Positions 32,911-43,104 of a stretch of DNA of 64,000 bases are shown in pieces. The stretch is from Chloropicon primus (taxonomy: Eukaryota): assembly GCA_023205875.1 (NCBI GenBank), contig CP060764.1:496001-560000 (forward strand), given 5' to 3'. The position numbers and the translations under genes are program-made. How positions within the stretch are numbered: the stretch's first letter is position 1; every line of letters starts with the position of its first letter. The notes under the pieces were generated by a model. The model was not told the origin of the DNA. It ran no database searches and was given only the letters and a program-made list of their open reading frames with translations.

Positions 32911-33908
32911 TTACTTCATCTTGGAAGCTTCCTTGGCCTTGGCGGCCTCCTCCTCAGCCCTCTTCTGCCTAATACCAACGAGTCTGGCGTTAGCCCTCTC
33001 TACTCTCAGCTTCTGGTAAGCGTTGAAGGACTTCATCTCGTTCGTGACAGCAACCATCTCGAGCTCTGGCTTGTCAGCGGTCAGAGGCATGACGTTGGCA
33101 CCTCCCAACTGAGTGGCGGTGGCGCACTCGTCCCTAGAGGAGTCTCCCTTCTTTGGCTTGTTGGCCTTCTTTGGGAACACGACGAGCTTGCTCTTGTACT
33201 CCTTCAATCTCTTGACGTTGTCCTGCAGGGACTCGAGGGACTTGTTCTTCCTCCTGTGGTCGACGGCAATTCCGATGGTTGGGGCGACCTTGACTGGGAT
33301 ACCGGCCTCCTTGAGCTCCTCGAAGGAGAATCCCCTTCCGAGCCTAGCCTTGGTGTTGTAACGGATGGTTTGTCCGCGAACCTTTGGGCGCAAGGCACCG
33401 GCAACTGGCCTTGGGAAGGTGGCAGCAGCCTTGGCAGCACGAGCTGTTGTTCGTTGTTGCAGGAGTGCGAAGAAGAAGAAGAAAAAGAAGAGTCAGTGTG
33501 CTGCTCCGCGAAAAAAAGAAACGCCAAGAAAACCAAGGTTCGCTTGGCGGCGGCAGCGACAAAGACACAGACACAGACAAAGACGGCCCAAGCGAGAGAG
33601 CGAGAGGGAGAGAGGGAGAGAGGGAGAGGGGGGGGCAGGAGCGTGGCGCCTCTTGTTGGCTCCGTCCCGCCCGTCTCCTCTTCCAAACAACTGTGCTCTC
33701 CCACGTCGCGTTCGCCTCCTCCTCCGCCCGTCTTCGTCTTCGTCTTCGTTGTTCTCCTCCTCTTCGCTCGCCCGTTCGAGTAGCGTGGTTTCAACTTACC
33801 CTTTCTTCTCCTCATCTTCCTGCCTGGCTGGTTGAACCAGGTGACGACGTTCCTGGCCCACCATTTGTGGAAATGCCCGTTTGGGACCACGTTGTTGTGA
33901 CGCACCAT
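32911..33908 (-). CDS. RPL13: 60S ribosomal protein L13 (eL13); exons 33908-33800 and 33443-32911
   Basis: [54 protein letters not shown]; intron 33444-33799. Confidence 0.97.
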
Positions 33909-34326
33909 CCTCCCTTGTTCCTCTCTACCTCACTGCTCGAGCCAACGCGAGTTCAAGTGATGATGATTCCCAAAAAAGAGAAACAAGAGGAAAACCTTTG
34001 GGGTCAGTGGCTTCGTTCGGTTCGCTCCGCCCGTCGTTTTTTTCTTCCGAGGGGTCTATCGAGAGGTCGATGGAAGGCGCTTCGATCGGTTCCCTCGTCC
34101 TTCCCCTCCCTCCCCGTTCTTCTCACTCCAAAACCCAAGGAAGCCCTTACCTCTCTTCTCTCTTCCTCTTCGCCGTGGGGATCGCACTTGCTAATTGCTT
34201 TCCTTCCCGTCCGCCGCCGATTTCCAGTGGCGGCGGCTCGGGCTCAAATTTGACATTTGGAAAACTCGGGGAGGATTCGAGCGAGATCGAACCCCCGTGG
34301 ATTTCGCATCTTAGTTTTCCACACGA

Positions 34327-34369
34327 AGGATTCGAGTTTTGGAAAGGTTGGTAAAAGTTCACATTTGAA
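34327..34369. promoter_or_regulatory. Element in the RPL13/RPS16 bidirectional promoter, also present at 58777-58818
   Basis: AGGATTCGAGTTTTGGAAA-n-GTTG-n5/6-GTTCACATTTGAA is present at both loci; regulatory role inferred from position. Confidence 0.6.
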
Positions 34370-34477
34370 GGAGCTCCCCTCACGGAGAGTGGAGAAAGGG
34401 CAAGCGGAGCAGTCACAAGCATCGATCGATCGACGAGAGCGTGAGACGACGACGACGAGACAAGGAGAGGAGACAAC

Positions 34478-35253
34478 ATGGAGGTAGGTGGACGGAAGGG
34501 GAATACCCTCGGGTCGGAGGCGAGTGGTTGGAGGAACCGCTCGCTCGGTCGCGTGGTCGCTTGGTCGCTCGTTCTTTTCTTTCTTTTCTTTCTTTTTCCG
34601 GGGGTCGACGGGGAAAAGGGGAGGTCGTTTCTTTGGGGTTTCCCCGAGGGGAACGGCCGCCCGGAGAGACTTCCTCGCGACGACGAGCTCGTCCCGCTCG
34701 CTCGCGCAATTCGTGCGAGTCCCTCGATACGAATCGTTCGTTCGCTCGTTCCGTGTTCATTTGTTCGTTCTTTCGTGCTAACAACACTTTCGTCGTGCTT
34801 TGTTTTTCTCCTTCCTCCTTCCTCTCTCCCTCGCAGTCTGTTCAGTGCTTTGGACGCAAGAAGACCGCGGTGGCCGTGTGCCACTGCAAGAGGGGCAAGG
34901 GTCTCGTCAAGCTCAACGGAAAGCCACTCGAGCTCGTGGAGCCAGAAATTTTGAAGTTCAAGGCCTTCGAGCCACTCATGCTTCTCGGCAAGGCTAGGTA
35001 CTCTGGACTCGACCTCAGGGTCAGGGTGAAGAGCGGAGGACACGTCTCCCAGATGTACGCCGTCAGGCAGGCCATCGCCAAGGCCATCGTCGCCTACTAC
35101 CAGAAGTACGTCGACGAGGCCACCAAGAAGGAGATCAAGGATACCCTCTTGGAGTACGATAGGACCCTCTTGGTCGCTGACCCAAGGAGGTGCGAGCCTA
35201 AGAAGTTCGGAGGTAGGGGCGCCAGGGCGAGATTCCAGAAGTCCTACAGATAG
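34478..35253 (+). CDS. RPS16: 40S ribosomal protein S16 (uS9); exons 34478-34483 and 34837-35253
   Basis: [40 protein letters not shown]; intron 34484-34836; TGTAA at 35256. Confidence 0.97.
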
Positions 35254-35478
35254 ACTGTAAGCTTCTTGCTTCTTTACCATACAAAAAAAAAACAATGTCA
35301 TATATTATCTTTGATTGATCTCTATCTCTCTCTCGTTGCGCGCGCGAGACAAAAGCAGCCCAAGCTGGCTCGAAGCCAACCACGACGCCTTTCGATGGAT
35401 CTTGATTACATGAATACTTGACAAAACAAAACAAAACAAGCTACAAAGTCGACCTCCTGTGTCAAGGCCTACTCGGGC

Positions 35479-38400
35479 CTACTCGACCTCCCTGTGCTCT
35501 TTCTCGAAAAAGCCCTTGAGCACGTCCAGCCTGGCCTTCCTCACCTCATCGGAGTTCACCTTCTGCAAGGCTCCCTTCCCCAGGATCTTCTTGCCTTCCT
35601 GCATCTCCAGTATCTTCCGCTCGACAGAACCTCGGGCGACGAACCTCACCACCTTGACCGGCTGGGTCTGACCGATGCGATGGATTCGATCCATGGCCTG
35701 GTCTTCCACCGCAGCGTTCCACCACAGGTCCATGAGGTAGGCCCTGTTGGAGCAGGTCAGGTTGATGCCGACGCCCCCAGCCCTCACGCTCACCAGAAGG
35801 CAGGCCGGAGAGGTGGCGTCCGGATTCCCAAAGCAGTTGATGGAAAAACTCCTCTGCTGCCCCGACATCTTGCCAGTGAGGAAGTGCAGCTCCATCCCTT
35901 TAATCATGCAGCTCAGGTAGCTCCCGATGACATCGAGGTAATCCACAAACTGGGAGAACACAACAAATTTTTGCGTGGGATTCTCCTTCAGGACCTCCTT
36001 CATGTCCTTCACGAGCGCCGCTATCTTTGCGGGGCACGACGGGACCGCGTCCGAATCTGAGTACTCGTCCTTCACGTCCCCCCCGGTTTTCTCAACGCGG
36101 GACAACGTCTCCTTGAGCTTCTTACTTTGGGCCAAATCGCGCTCCTCGCGCTCCAACTTCTCCAGGCTCTTGATGTCCCCATGGCGAAAAGACGTGCGGC
36201 ACAAGGGGCAAACGTACTGCCCAAGCTTTTCCAAGCAAACTTGGCAGAGCGTGTGCTTGCACTTCGCCAGGATCCGAACCGATTCGGGAGGGGGTACATC
36301 AAAGCAGATGCAGCATTCTGCATCCTCCCCCTCCAGCTCGATCGTTCCTTGGAGCATCTCTTGGAGTTCTTTGATCTCCTGCATCGTCAAATTCTTCTCC
36401 TCAACTTTCTTGGCGTACTCCTCCACCACTCTCCTTGCTCCCGCAATGCGTTTCTCTGGGATCAGGTACTTGTAGCAGCAAGCCTGCCTGAGCCTCAACA
36501 GGCACTCCAGCACGTGGCTGTAATTTTTCATCACCTCTGTGCCACCCTGGTCCAAAGCAAGCAGACTCTCGAAAAGAATCTTTGCTCCATCGAACAGGAT
36601 GTCGTACGTCTCCCTCTCCCCCTCGAAGAGCTTGATGTACTCCATTTCCACTGTCTTTGGAGGAAGTTTGTCCTTCAGAAGGTCTTTTGTCCTCCTCATG
36701 CAGATCGCCGACAGGAGAACTCTGAGCTTGCCGAGTGCGACGGGGTCGCCACCATACCTCAAGCGATCCCCGATCGCTCTGTTCCAGGTCGGATAATGAT
36801 TCAGCGGTGACGACTTCAGAAACGCGCAAAGGGACTGGATGTCACCTGGCTTGTTCACGTATGGAGTGCCTGTCAAACACCATCGAGTCTCTCCTTCCAA
36901 CAGAGCAGCGGCCGAGAAACCTCGGGTCGCCCTGTTCCTGATAATGTGTGCTTCATCCAGCACAATCCGTTTCCATTTGATGTCGATCAAGCAGTCCCAG
37001 TCCAGCTTGGACTTCTTCTGCACTCTTTCTTCCTCGGGCAAGCGTTTGCCTTTCTTCACGACAATCTCCATACCCAAGGTTTGGTACGTGGTAATGACCA
37101 GATCATAGTCGCAAGGAATGTCCTTAACGGCTTTGTTGCGGCCTTGTCCGTGGTACACGAGCACGCGAAGGGCACCCGGGTGGAGGTGTTCTGCCACCTG
37201 ACTCTCCCAATTATGGATCACTGACAAAGGGCAGACCACCAGAGTGGGCCTTTCTACGTTCTTCGCCTCCCTCCTTGTCATCGCCATCAAGCAAAGGACC
37301 TGGATCGTCTTCCCAAGGCCCATATCATCCGCGAGTATCCCTCCACGCACATTGCTCGGACGATGATAATCGCTCGAGTTCGTGATCGAATTGAAGAACA
37401 CCTGGTGACCTGCCTCTTTCCTCAACTCGTAGAACGGAGGCAATCCCCCGCCATCCGGCTTGGTCTCCCTCCCATACATCCACGCAACAGCTTCCTTCTG
37501 GTGCTCCAGGAGCGTGGCCTTGATGCATCCAAAGTCAAGCTCTTCGGCGGCGACGGCCTCCTTCTTCTTCAGCTGCGAGTCGAAGAACTCGTCCAGTTGT
37601 TCCACCGAGAACGGTTTTCTCTCTTCTCTTCTGCGATAAAAGACTCCAGAGTGATAACTCCCGCGCGAAAATGGACGTCTAGCGCTTGAGGTCGAAGCAC
37701 CGGAACTGGAAGAATAAGGAACCAAGGAGGGTGGCAGCTCCCTTTTGACGTCCAGCCTTCGCAATTCCTTCTCATACCGCGACAAGTGCTGCTTGACGGA
37801 CTCCAAGTGGTCAGGATGACCGAAAATCTTAAAGGTACCCTTGAAAGTGAACCTGTTGAAGGGGTTGCATTCACAGGAAACTTCGATCCTATACTTCTTC
37901 ACCTTCCTCAAGTGCGAAGGTGGTTTCTTCAGGACTTCCTTGATGTCCTCCTCGTTGGGCACCTTGTTCTGGCATCCCGTCGCCGCAGGAGGACACTCCT
38001 CCGGCAGTTCTTCGTCCATGAGTGGAGCCATGAAGGCGGCAGACGTCCTGTTTACGTGGCCCACTCTTGTGCCGTTCATCTTGTTCACCATTATCGCGTT
38101 TCGGTCGTAGCTGTTGTTTGGATCCCTCACGAGGTCGAAGAACTCTCCAAGGTGGACCGTCCCCTCGTAGTGTCGCAGGCCAACGACGTCCTCTTCGAGG
38201 ATCCCGTACAACACCTCGTTCTCCGCACGGTGCGACCCCTCCAAGTCCACCTCGATTGCCTGGAAAAGCCCGAAAGGAGAACCCATGACAGGAGGCACCG
38301 CGAGAGGATTAACCGGGAGAGGAGGAAATCCATTCCCTGACAGACCTTGTTGTGGCGCGCCTCCGATGTGATTCGCGTCCTTCCGATAGTTCGCCTCGAA

Positions 38401-38544
38401 CTCTTCGTCACTGTCGCTGCTCAGCACGATTTCTTCACCATCACTGCTCAACACCACAAACACCTCCCCCTCCTTCTTGACCTCCTTCCCCTTCCCCTCT
38501 TCGTCCTCGCGCCTCCGCTTCTCAGAACCGTCCCCCCTGAACAT
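35479..38544 (-). CDS. HLTF/RAD5-like SNF2 ATPase with HIRAN and RING domains
   Basis: HIRAN VVGLRHY..LVRDPNNSYDRNAI; GGILADDMGLGKT; VLDEAH; RING CCIC..CKHTLCQVC..CPLCR; WWNAAVEDQAMDRIHRIGQ. Confidence 0.95.
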   Translation of the reverse strand: MFRGDGSEKRRREDEEGKGKEVKKEGEVFVVLSSDGEEIVLSSDSDEEFEANYRKDANHIGGAPQQGLSGNGFPPLPVNPLAVPPVMGSPFGLFQAIEVDLEGSHRAENEVLYGILEEDVVGLRHYEGTVHLGEFFDLVRDPNNSYDRNAIMVNKMNGTRVGHVNRTSAAFMAPLMDEELPEECPPAATGCQNKVPNEEDIKEVLKKPPSHLRKVKKYRIEVSCECNPFNRFTFKGTFKIFGHPDHLESVKQHLSRYEKELRRLDVKRELPPSLVPYSSSSGASTSSARRPFSRGSYHSGVFYRRREERKPFSVEQLDEFFDSQLKKKEAVAAEELDFGCIKATLLEHQKEAVAWMYGRETKPDGGGLPPFYELRKEAGHQVFFNSITNSSDYHRPSNVRGGILADDMGLGKTIQVLCLMAMTRREAKNVERPTLVVCPLSVIHNWESQVAEHLHPGALRVLVYHGQGRNKAVKDIPCDYDLVITTYQTLGMEIVVKKGKRLPEEERVQKKSKLDWDCLIDIKWKRIVLDEAHIIRNRATRGFSAAALLEGETRWCLTGTPYVNKPGDIQSLCAFLKSSPLNHYPTWNRAIGDRLRYGGDPVALGKLRVLLSAICMRRTKDLLKDKLPPKTVEMEYIKLFEGERETYDILFDGAKILFESLLALDQGGTEVMKNYSHVLECLLRLRQACCYKYLIPEKRIAGARRVVEEYAKKVEEKNLTMQEIKELQEMLQGTIELEGEDAECCICFDVPPPESVRILAKCKHTLCQVCLEKLGQYVCPLCRTSFRHGDIKSLEKLEREERDLAQSKKLKETLSRVEKTGGDVKDEYSDSDAVPSCPAKIAALVKDMKEVLKENPTQKFVVFSQFVDYLDVIGSYLSCMIKGMELHFLTGKMSGQQRSFSINCFGNPDATSPACLLVSVRAGGVGINLTCSNRAYLMDLWWNAAVEDQAMDRIHRIGQTQPVKVVRFVARGSVERKILEMQEGKKILGKGALQKVNSDEVRKARLDVLKGFFEKEHREVE

Positions 38545-39022
38545 ACTGCCCTAGCGACCACCGTAACGCCTGCCTCGGAGCGGAGCTTCTTCTCTCCAAA
38601 CCATACGCTTCACCACCACCACCGTAACGTAATGCTGCTGATGATGAAGATGATGACGCTGCTGCTGCTGCTGATGTTGTTCTTGATATTGTTCTTGTTC
38701 AACTGACTGTTCGTTCGTTCGCCGCTTCGGAAGAGGCTTCCACGAGGCTTCGACGTGGACGACGCCCGCCCGCCGGACCCGGGGGGTCGACGCCAACGTC
38801 GTCGTCGAGTTCACTCCGTCCCTTCACCCGCCAGTCGCTGCCTCGCACTGATCGTGTTGGCGGGAGGGGGAACGAGGGGAGGAGGAAAGCGAGGAGAGAA
38901 ACAGCGAGGAGTGGAGGGCCAGAAGTGGAAGCAGGGAGGAGGGGGACTGAAAAGACGGAAGCGTTGTCTCTTGCTGTTTCCAAAGAGCCGTCGCTTGAAA
39001 AATTCGACGCTCTGGGGACAAC

Positions 39023-40039
39023 ATGGGGGACAGCAACAACTCGATGCCGATACCTGTGCTGGATCTGTCGGAGAGCGAGGAGGTGCAGCTCAGGGTTCTG
39101 CGCGAGGCTTGCTCGACGACGGGGTTCTTTTACCTGACGGGACACGGGGTGCCACGGGAACTGATCCGCCGTGTGTTCGGAGGGGCGGCCAAGTTCTTTC
39201 AGTGCGCGGCGGAGAGGAAGGACGAGTTCAAGGCCGGTCCTGGTGAGCATCCTTTAGGTTACCAGTCTGCGGTGCTGGAGAACATCAAGCTGGACCCGGA
39301 GACCCAGGAGCACCCGGATCAGCGCGAGCAGCTCAAGTTCGCCAGGAGGAACTACGTGAGGGACTACAACGCCTTCATTGAGGGCGCGGGGGGCTTGGCC
39401 TCCGCTTCGGAGAGGGAGGACGACCGCAGGATCGTGTGGCTGGCCAAGGCCCTGACGGAGGAGGAGGAGGAGTGGCGGTCCCAAGTGAACTCGTACTTTG
39501 AGAGAGTGAGCTCCCTGGGCCACGGGCTCCTGAAGCTTCTTGCGAAATCCTTGGGGCTCGAGGAGACTCACTTTTCTCCCTTCTTCAAGCGGCCGCTTGA
39601 GCTCATGAATCTCAACTACTACCACGCGCAGAAAGCTCGTTTAGGCTGTGGGAGCCACACCGACTACGGAATGCTGACGCTGCTGATCACCGACGAAGTT
39701 CCGGGACTCCAGGTCTGCAAAGACAAGAGCAAGCCCGCGCCAGAGCGGGAGTACGTCGACGTCAAGGCTCCTCCCGGCCATTCGCACTTCGTGATCAACG
39801 TGGGAGACATGCTGGAGCGGTGGACCTGCGGGGAGTTCGTATCCAACCTCCACAGGGTTGAGAATGTCACGGGAAAGGAAAGGTTCTCGATTGCGTTCTT
39901 CTTCGAGCCAGATGTGGACGCCCTCATCTCTCCGATCGATCGGAGCTCGGGCAGCGTTCCCGCCTCCGATCCCTTACCCCCCGTCGTCTACGGCGATTGG
40001 CTCAAAGAAAAGTACAACAAGACGGGCGAAGTGATCTAG
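39023..40039 (+). CDS. 2-oxoglutarate/Fe(II) dioxygenase (IPNS/DIOX_N type)
   Basis: IPVLDLS, GFFYLTGHGV, HTDYGMLTLL, NVGDMLERWT, HRV..RFSIAFF. Confidence 0.93.
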   Translation: MGDSNNSMPIPVLDLSESEEVQLRVLREACSTTGFFYLTGHGVPRELIRRVFGGAAKFFQCAAERKDEFKAGPGEHPLGYQSAVLENIKLDPETQEHPDQREQLKFARRNYVRDYNAFIEGAGGLASASEREDDRRIVWLAKALTEEEEEWRSQVNSYFERVSSLGHGLLKLLAKSLGLEETHFSPFFKRPLELMNLNYYHAQKARLGCGSHTDYGMLTLLITDEVPGLQVCKDKSKPAPEREYVDVKAPPGHSHFVINVGDMLERWTCGEFVSNLHRVENVTGKERFSIAFFFEPDVDALISPIDRSSGSVPASDPLPPVVYGDWLKEKYNKTGEVI

Positions 40040-40117
40040 GGGCAAAACCTTTATAATTTTATTGTACTTACTATTGCACAACTCGGAGTGGAGCGGCGTT
40101 CCTCCACCATCGACCCT

Positions 40118-40996
40118 TCACCACGGGATCTTCTGCCCATCCCAGGCGAAAAACGAGCCGTTATCCTGCTCACGCAGCGAATCGATGACCTCCAGCATCC
40201 TTCGAACGCCGAATTCCTTGGTGAAGAGCTTCCCCTCGGGCACGTTGCGCTGGAAGGGCTTGCTCAAGTCCGTGTCATTCGTGCCAGGGTGGAGCGCGAC
40301 TGCGGCAACTCGTGGATTCTTCCTTGCGAATTCGAGGGACATGGTCTTCGTCAGCTGGTTCAGGGCCGACTTGCTGGACCGGTAGCTGTACCACCCGCCC
40401 AGCCCGTTGTCCTCGATCGAACCCACCCTGGCGCTGATGTTCACCATCGTCGGCAGGACTCTCCCGTCGGCCTTGGCGCTCTCCTGGAGCAGGGGCCAGA
40501 AGGCTCTGCACACGAGGGCGGGGCCGATGGCATTCGTCTGGAAGCTCAAGAGCAGCTGGTCGTAGTTGACGCGGTCCAGAGAGGTCTCTGGCATCATCTT
40601 CCCTGGAATATGGAGCACGCCCGAGACGTTAAGCAGGAGATCGACCTTTGCGCTGAAGTTTTCCCGCACCAGCTTCGCGGCCTCCTCGATCGTGGCAGGC
40701 TTGGTCAGATCGATGGGCGCTGTGTACAAGCGGTCGCGACCGTACTTGTCCTGCAGCTCCAGCAGGCTCTGCGCGGTCTCCGGGGACCTGCAAGTCGCTA
40801 TGACCCTGCTGTCCCCCTGCCTCCCCAGCAGCTGCGAGACGAACTCCAGGCCCAGCCCCCTGGACGCTCCTTGAACCAAGGCGACCTTGCGCACCTCGCC
40901 TTGCGCTGCCGCGTGGTGGTTGGAGCACCGCACTTGAATACTCCCAAGGGAGCTTCGGACCCTCCTTCCCGAGACCTTGGCGATCAAGCAGTTCAT
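40118..40996 (-). CDS. Short-chain dehydrogenase/reductase, C-factor (CsgA)-like
   Basis: VQGASRGLG, SARVGSIEDNGLGGWYSYRSSKSALNQ, LHPGTNDTDLSKPF, FFAWDGQKIPW; possible transit peptide. Confidence 0.93.
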   Translation of the reverse strand: MNCLIAKVSGRRVRSSLGSIQVRCSNHHAAAQGEVRKVALVQGASRGLGLEFVSQLLGRQGDSRVIATCRSPETAQSLLELQDKYGRDRLYTAPIDLTKPATIEEAAKLVRENFSAKVDLLLNVSGVLHIPGKMMPETSLDRVNYDQLLLSFQTNAIGPALVCRAFWPLLQESAKADGRVLPTMVNISARVGSIEDNGLGGWYSYRSSKSALNQLTKTMSLEFARKNPRVAAVALHPGTNDTDLSKPFQRNVPEGKLFTKEFGVRRMLEVIDSLREQDNGSFFAWDGQKIPW

Positions 40997-41294
40997 CCAA
41001 GCTCTGCCCACGAGTCGAAAGCAGATCCAAAGATCCAGTAGTTCCCTCCTGCGCCCGGCCGAGTAACAGAACGAATCCCGAAGACGCACTTGAGTTGTGT
41101 TGCGGTTCCCCCCCCCCCTCTCTCTCTCCCTCCTCCTCTCTTATCCGTCTGTCGTTTGTGGCTGAGGAGAGAGAGGGGAACGATAGAGACGCGCTGGCTT
41201 GTTCCCAGGCTCCCAGTGAGGCCAAGGCCAAGCCCAAGGCAGGGAGGAGGAGGAGAGGAGAGGAGAGTCAAGAGAATTCTTGCACCTCCCGGCC

Positions 41295-42725
41295 ATGGGT
41301 AGCGCTTGGTGGAGGCAGCGGGCAGTGGACGTCGTGGAGGCGCTGCGGGAGAAGCGGGTGACGCCTTTGGAGCTCGTGAGATCGGCGAGGAGGAGGATCG
41401 AGGAGGTGGAAGGGAAAATCAATGCCGTGCCAACGACCTGCTTCGAGAGGGCGGAGCGGAGAGCTCGGGAGATGGATCATCCCGCGAGCCCTCCCAGAGG
41501 ATATCTGTATGGCCTTCCGGTGCTGATCAAGGACACTCTCGCGGTGAGTGGCGTGCGCTTCACGAGGGGCTCCCTCGTTCACGAGCACGACGTGGCCGAC
41601 CACGACGACCCCGTCGTCAGTGTCCTGGAGGCCAAGGGCGCGATCATCATGGGGAAGACGAACACTCCCGAGTATGGCCTTGGCTCGAACACCTACAACG
41701 ACGTGTTCGGAGAAACGCTGAACCCTTTCGACATCAGACTGACCTGCGGAGGTAGCTCCGGCGGAGCGGCGAGCGCTCTCGCTGCAGGGGAGGCTTGGAT
41801 TGCGATCGGGACGGACCTCGGGGGATCTCTGCGCATTCCCGCCAGCTTTTGCGGCGTGGTCGGACTCAGGCCCACGCCGGGGGTCGTTCCCAACGCCGGT
41901 TCGAGGACAGCGGCGGAGGACAATCTTCACGCAGTCGTGGGTCCAATGGCTCGGAACGTGACCGACCTCGCGCTGCTGATGGACGCTATCTCAGAGAAGC
42001 ACCCCGAAGACGGCAACTCGGTGGGCGCCGGGGACGGGGAGAGCTATGTCGACCGCCTGAAGGCGTACCGGGAGAACCTCCCGACCACCATCGCCTGGAG
42101 CTCTGACCTGGGGGGGAGCGTCCCAATGCAGGGGGAAGTGGCGAGGATTTGCGAGCGGGCGGCGAAGGAGCTGGCTCGAATCGTGGGCGCCGCATTCGTG
42201 GACGAGGCTTGCATGGACCTTTCCAAGGGAAGAGAGACCTTCCACGTTCTGAGGGCGGAGATGTTCAAGGACAAGGGGGCGCTCCTGCACCACGAGGACG
42301 TCGTCAAGCCGGAGCTCATTTGGCAGGTGAACCAGGGCTTGAGCCTGAAGGACTCGGACTTGGACAGGGCGAGGGAAAGCCACAAGAAACTGCTGGAGAG
42401 CACGCTGGATTTCTTCCAGAGCCACGACCTGCTGTGCTCGCCCTGCACGATGGTCCCGCCCTTCGACGTCAAGACGAGGTGGCTGAGGGAGTGCGAGGGC
42501 TGGGAGCTCGAAACGTACATCGATTGGCTCCTCCCGACGTCCGTCCTCTCCCTGACCAATTGTCCGTCCATCTCCTTGCCATGCGGATTCACCGAGGCCG
42601 GCCTTCCGGTCGGGCTTCAACTCACAGCCCCAGCCTCGAAGGAGGCCGAGCTGATGTGCGCCGCTTACGCGTACGAGCGGGCCAATGGCCACCACGAGGT
42701 CGTCCCGATCGACCCGCGGCCGTAA
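41295..42725 (+). CDS. Amidase signature family enzyme
   Basis: GLPVLIKD, GKTNTPE, GGSSGG, GTDLGGSLRIPASFCG (Ser-cisSer-Lys triad), GLPVGLQ. Confidence 0.95.
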   Translation: MGSAWWRQRAVDVVEALREKRVTPLELVRSARRRIEEVEGKINAVPTTCFERAERRAREMDHPASPPRGYLYGLPVLIKDTLAVSGVRFTRGSLVHEHDVADHDDPVVSVLEAKGAIIMGKTNTPEYGLGSNTYNDVFGETLNPFDIRLTCGGSSGGAASALAAGEAWIAIGTDLGGSLRIPASFCGVVGLRPTPGVVPNAGSRTAAEDNLHAVVGPMARNVTDLALLMDAISEKHPEDGNSVGAGDGESYVDRLKAYRENLPTTIAWSSDLGGSVPMQGEVARICERAAKELARIVGAAFVDEACMDLSKGRETFHVLRAEMFKDKGALLHHEDVVKPELIWQVNQGLSLKDSDLDRARESHKKLLESTLDFFQSHDLLCSPCTMVPPFDVKTRWLRECEGWELETYIDWLLPTSVLSLTNCPSISLPCGFTEAGLPVGLQLTAPASKEAELMCAAYAYERANGHHEVVPIDPRP

Positions 42726-42842
42726 CACGTAATGCGACGTAATGCGACCCAAGATGGCGTCATATCCCATCATCCCCCAGCCTCTCCTCTCCATCCCACC
42801 CAATCGTATGCGAACAACAGCCTGTGTTGTGCGTTGTGTTGA

Positions 42843-43012
42843 TCCCGCCGGCAGTGGGTCCCGCGGTCTAGCAACGCCATGTCTCCATCCCTCAAGGGCA
42901 TCCCATTCAGAGAATCTTCACGAGGATCTCTCTCCCGCCGGCAGTGGGTCCCACGGTCTCGCCCCCTTGTCTCCATCAAGGGGATCTCTCAAAGAATCTC
43001 AGAGGATCTCTG
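42843..43012. repeat. Degenerate tandem duplication (~90 bp and ~80 bp units) upstream of the SPX gene
   Basis: tcccgccggcagtgggtccc(g/a)cggtct..gtctccatc..agaatct..gaggatctct begins at 42843 and again at 42933. Confidence 0.85.
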
Positions 43013-43104
43013 ATGACTGAGGTGGAAGACCAGAGACCAGACGAGAGGAGCGACAGACGAGAGTGACTCTGGTCTCGCACGGACGAGGGAGGGAGAGAGA
43101 GAGG

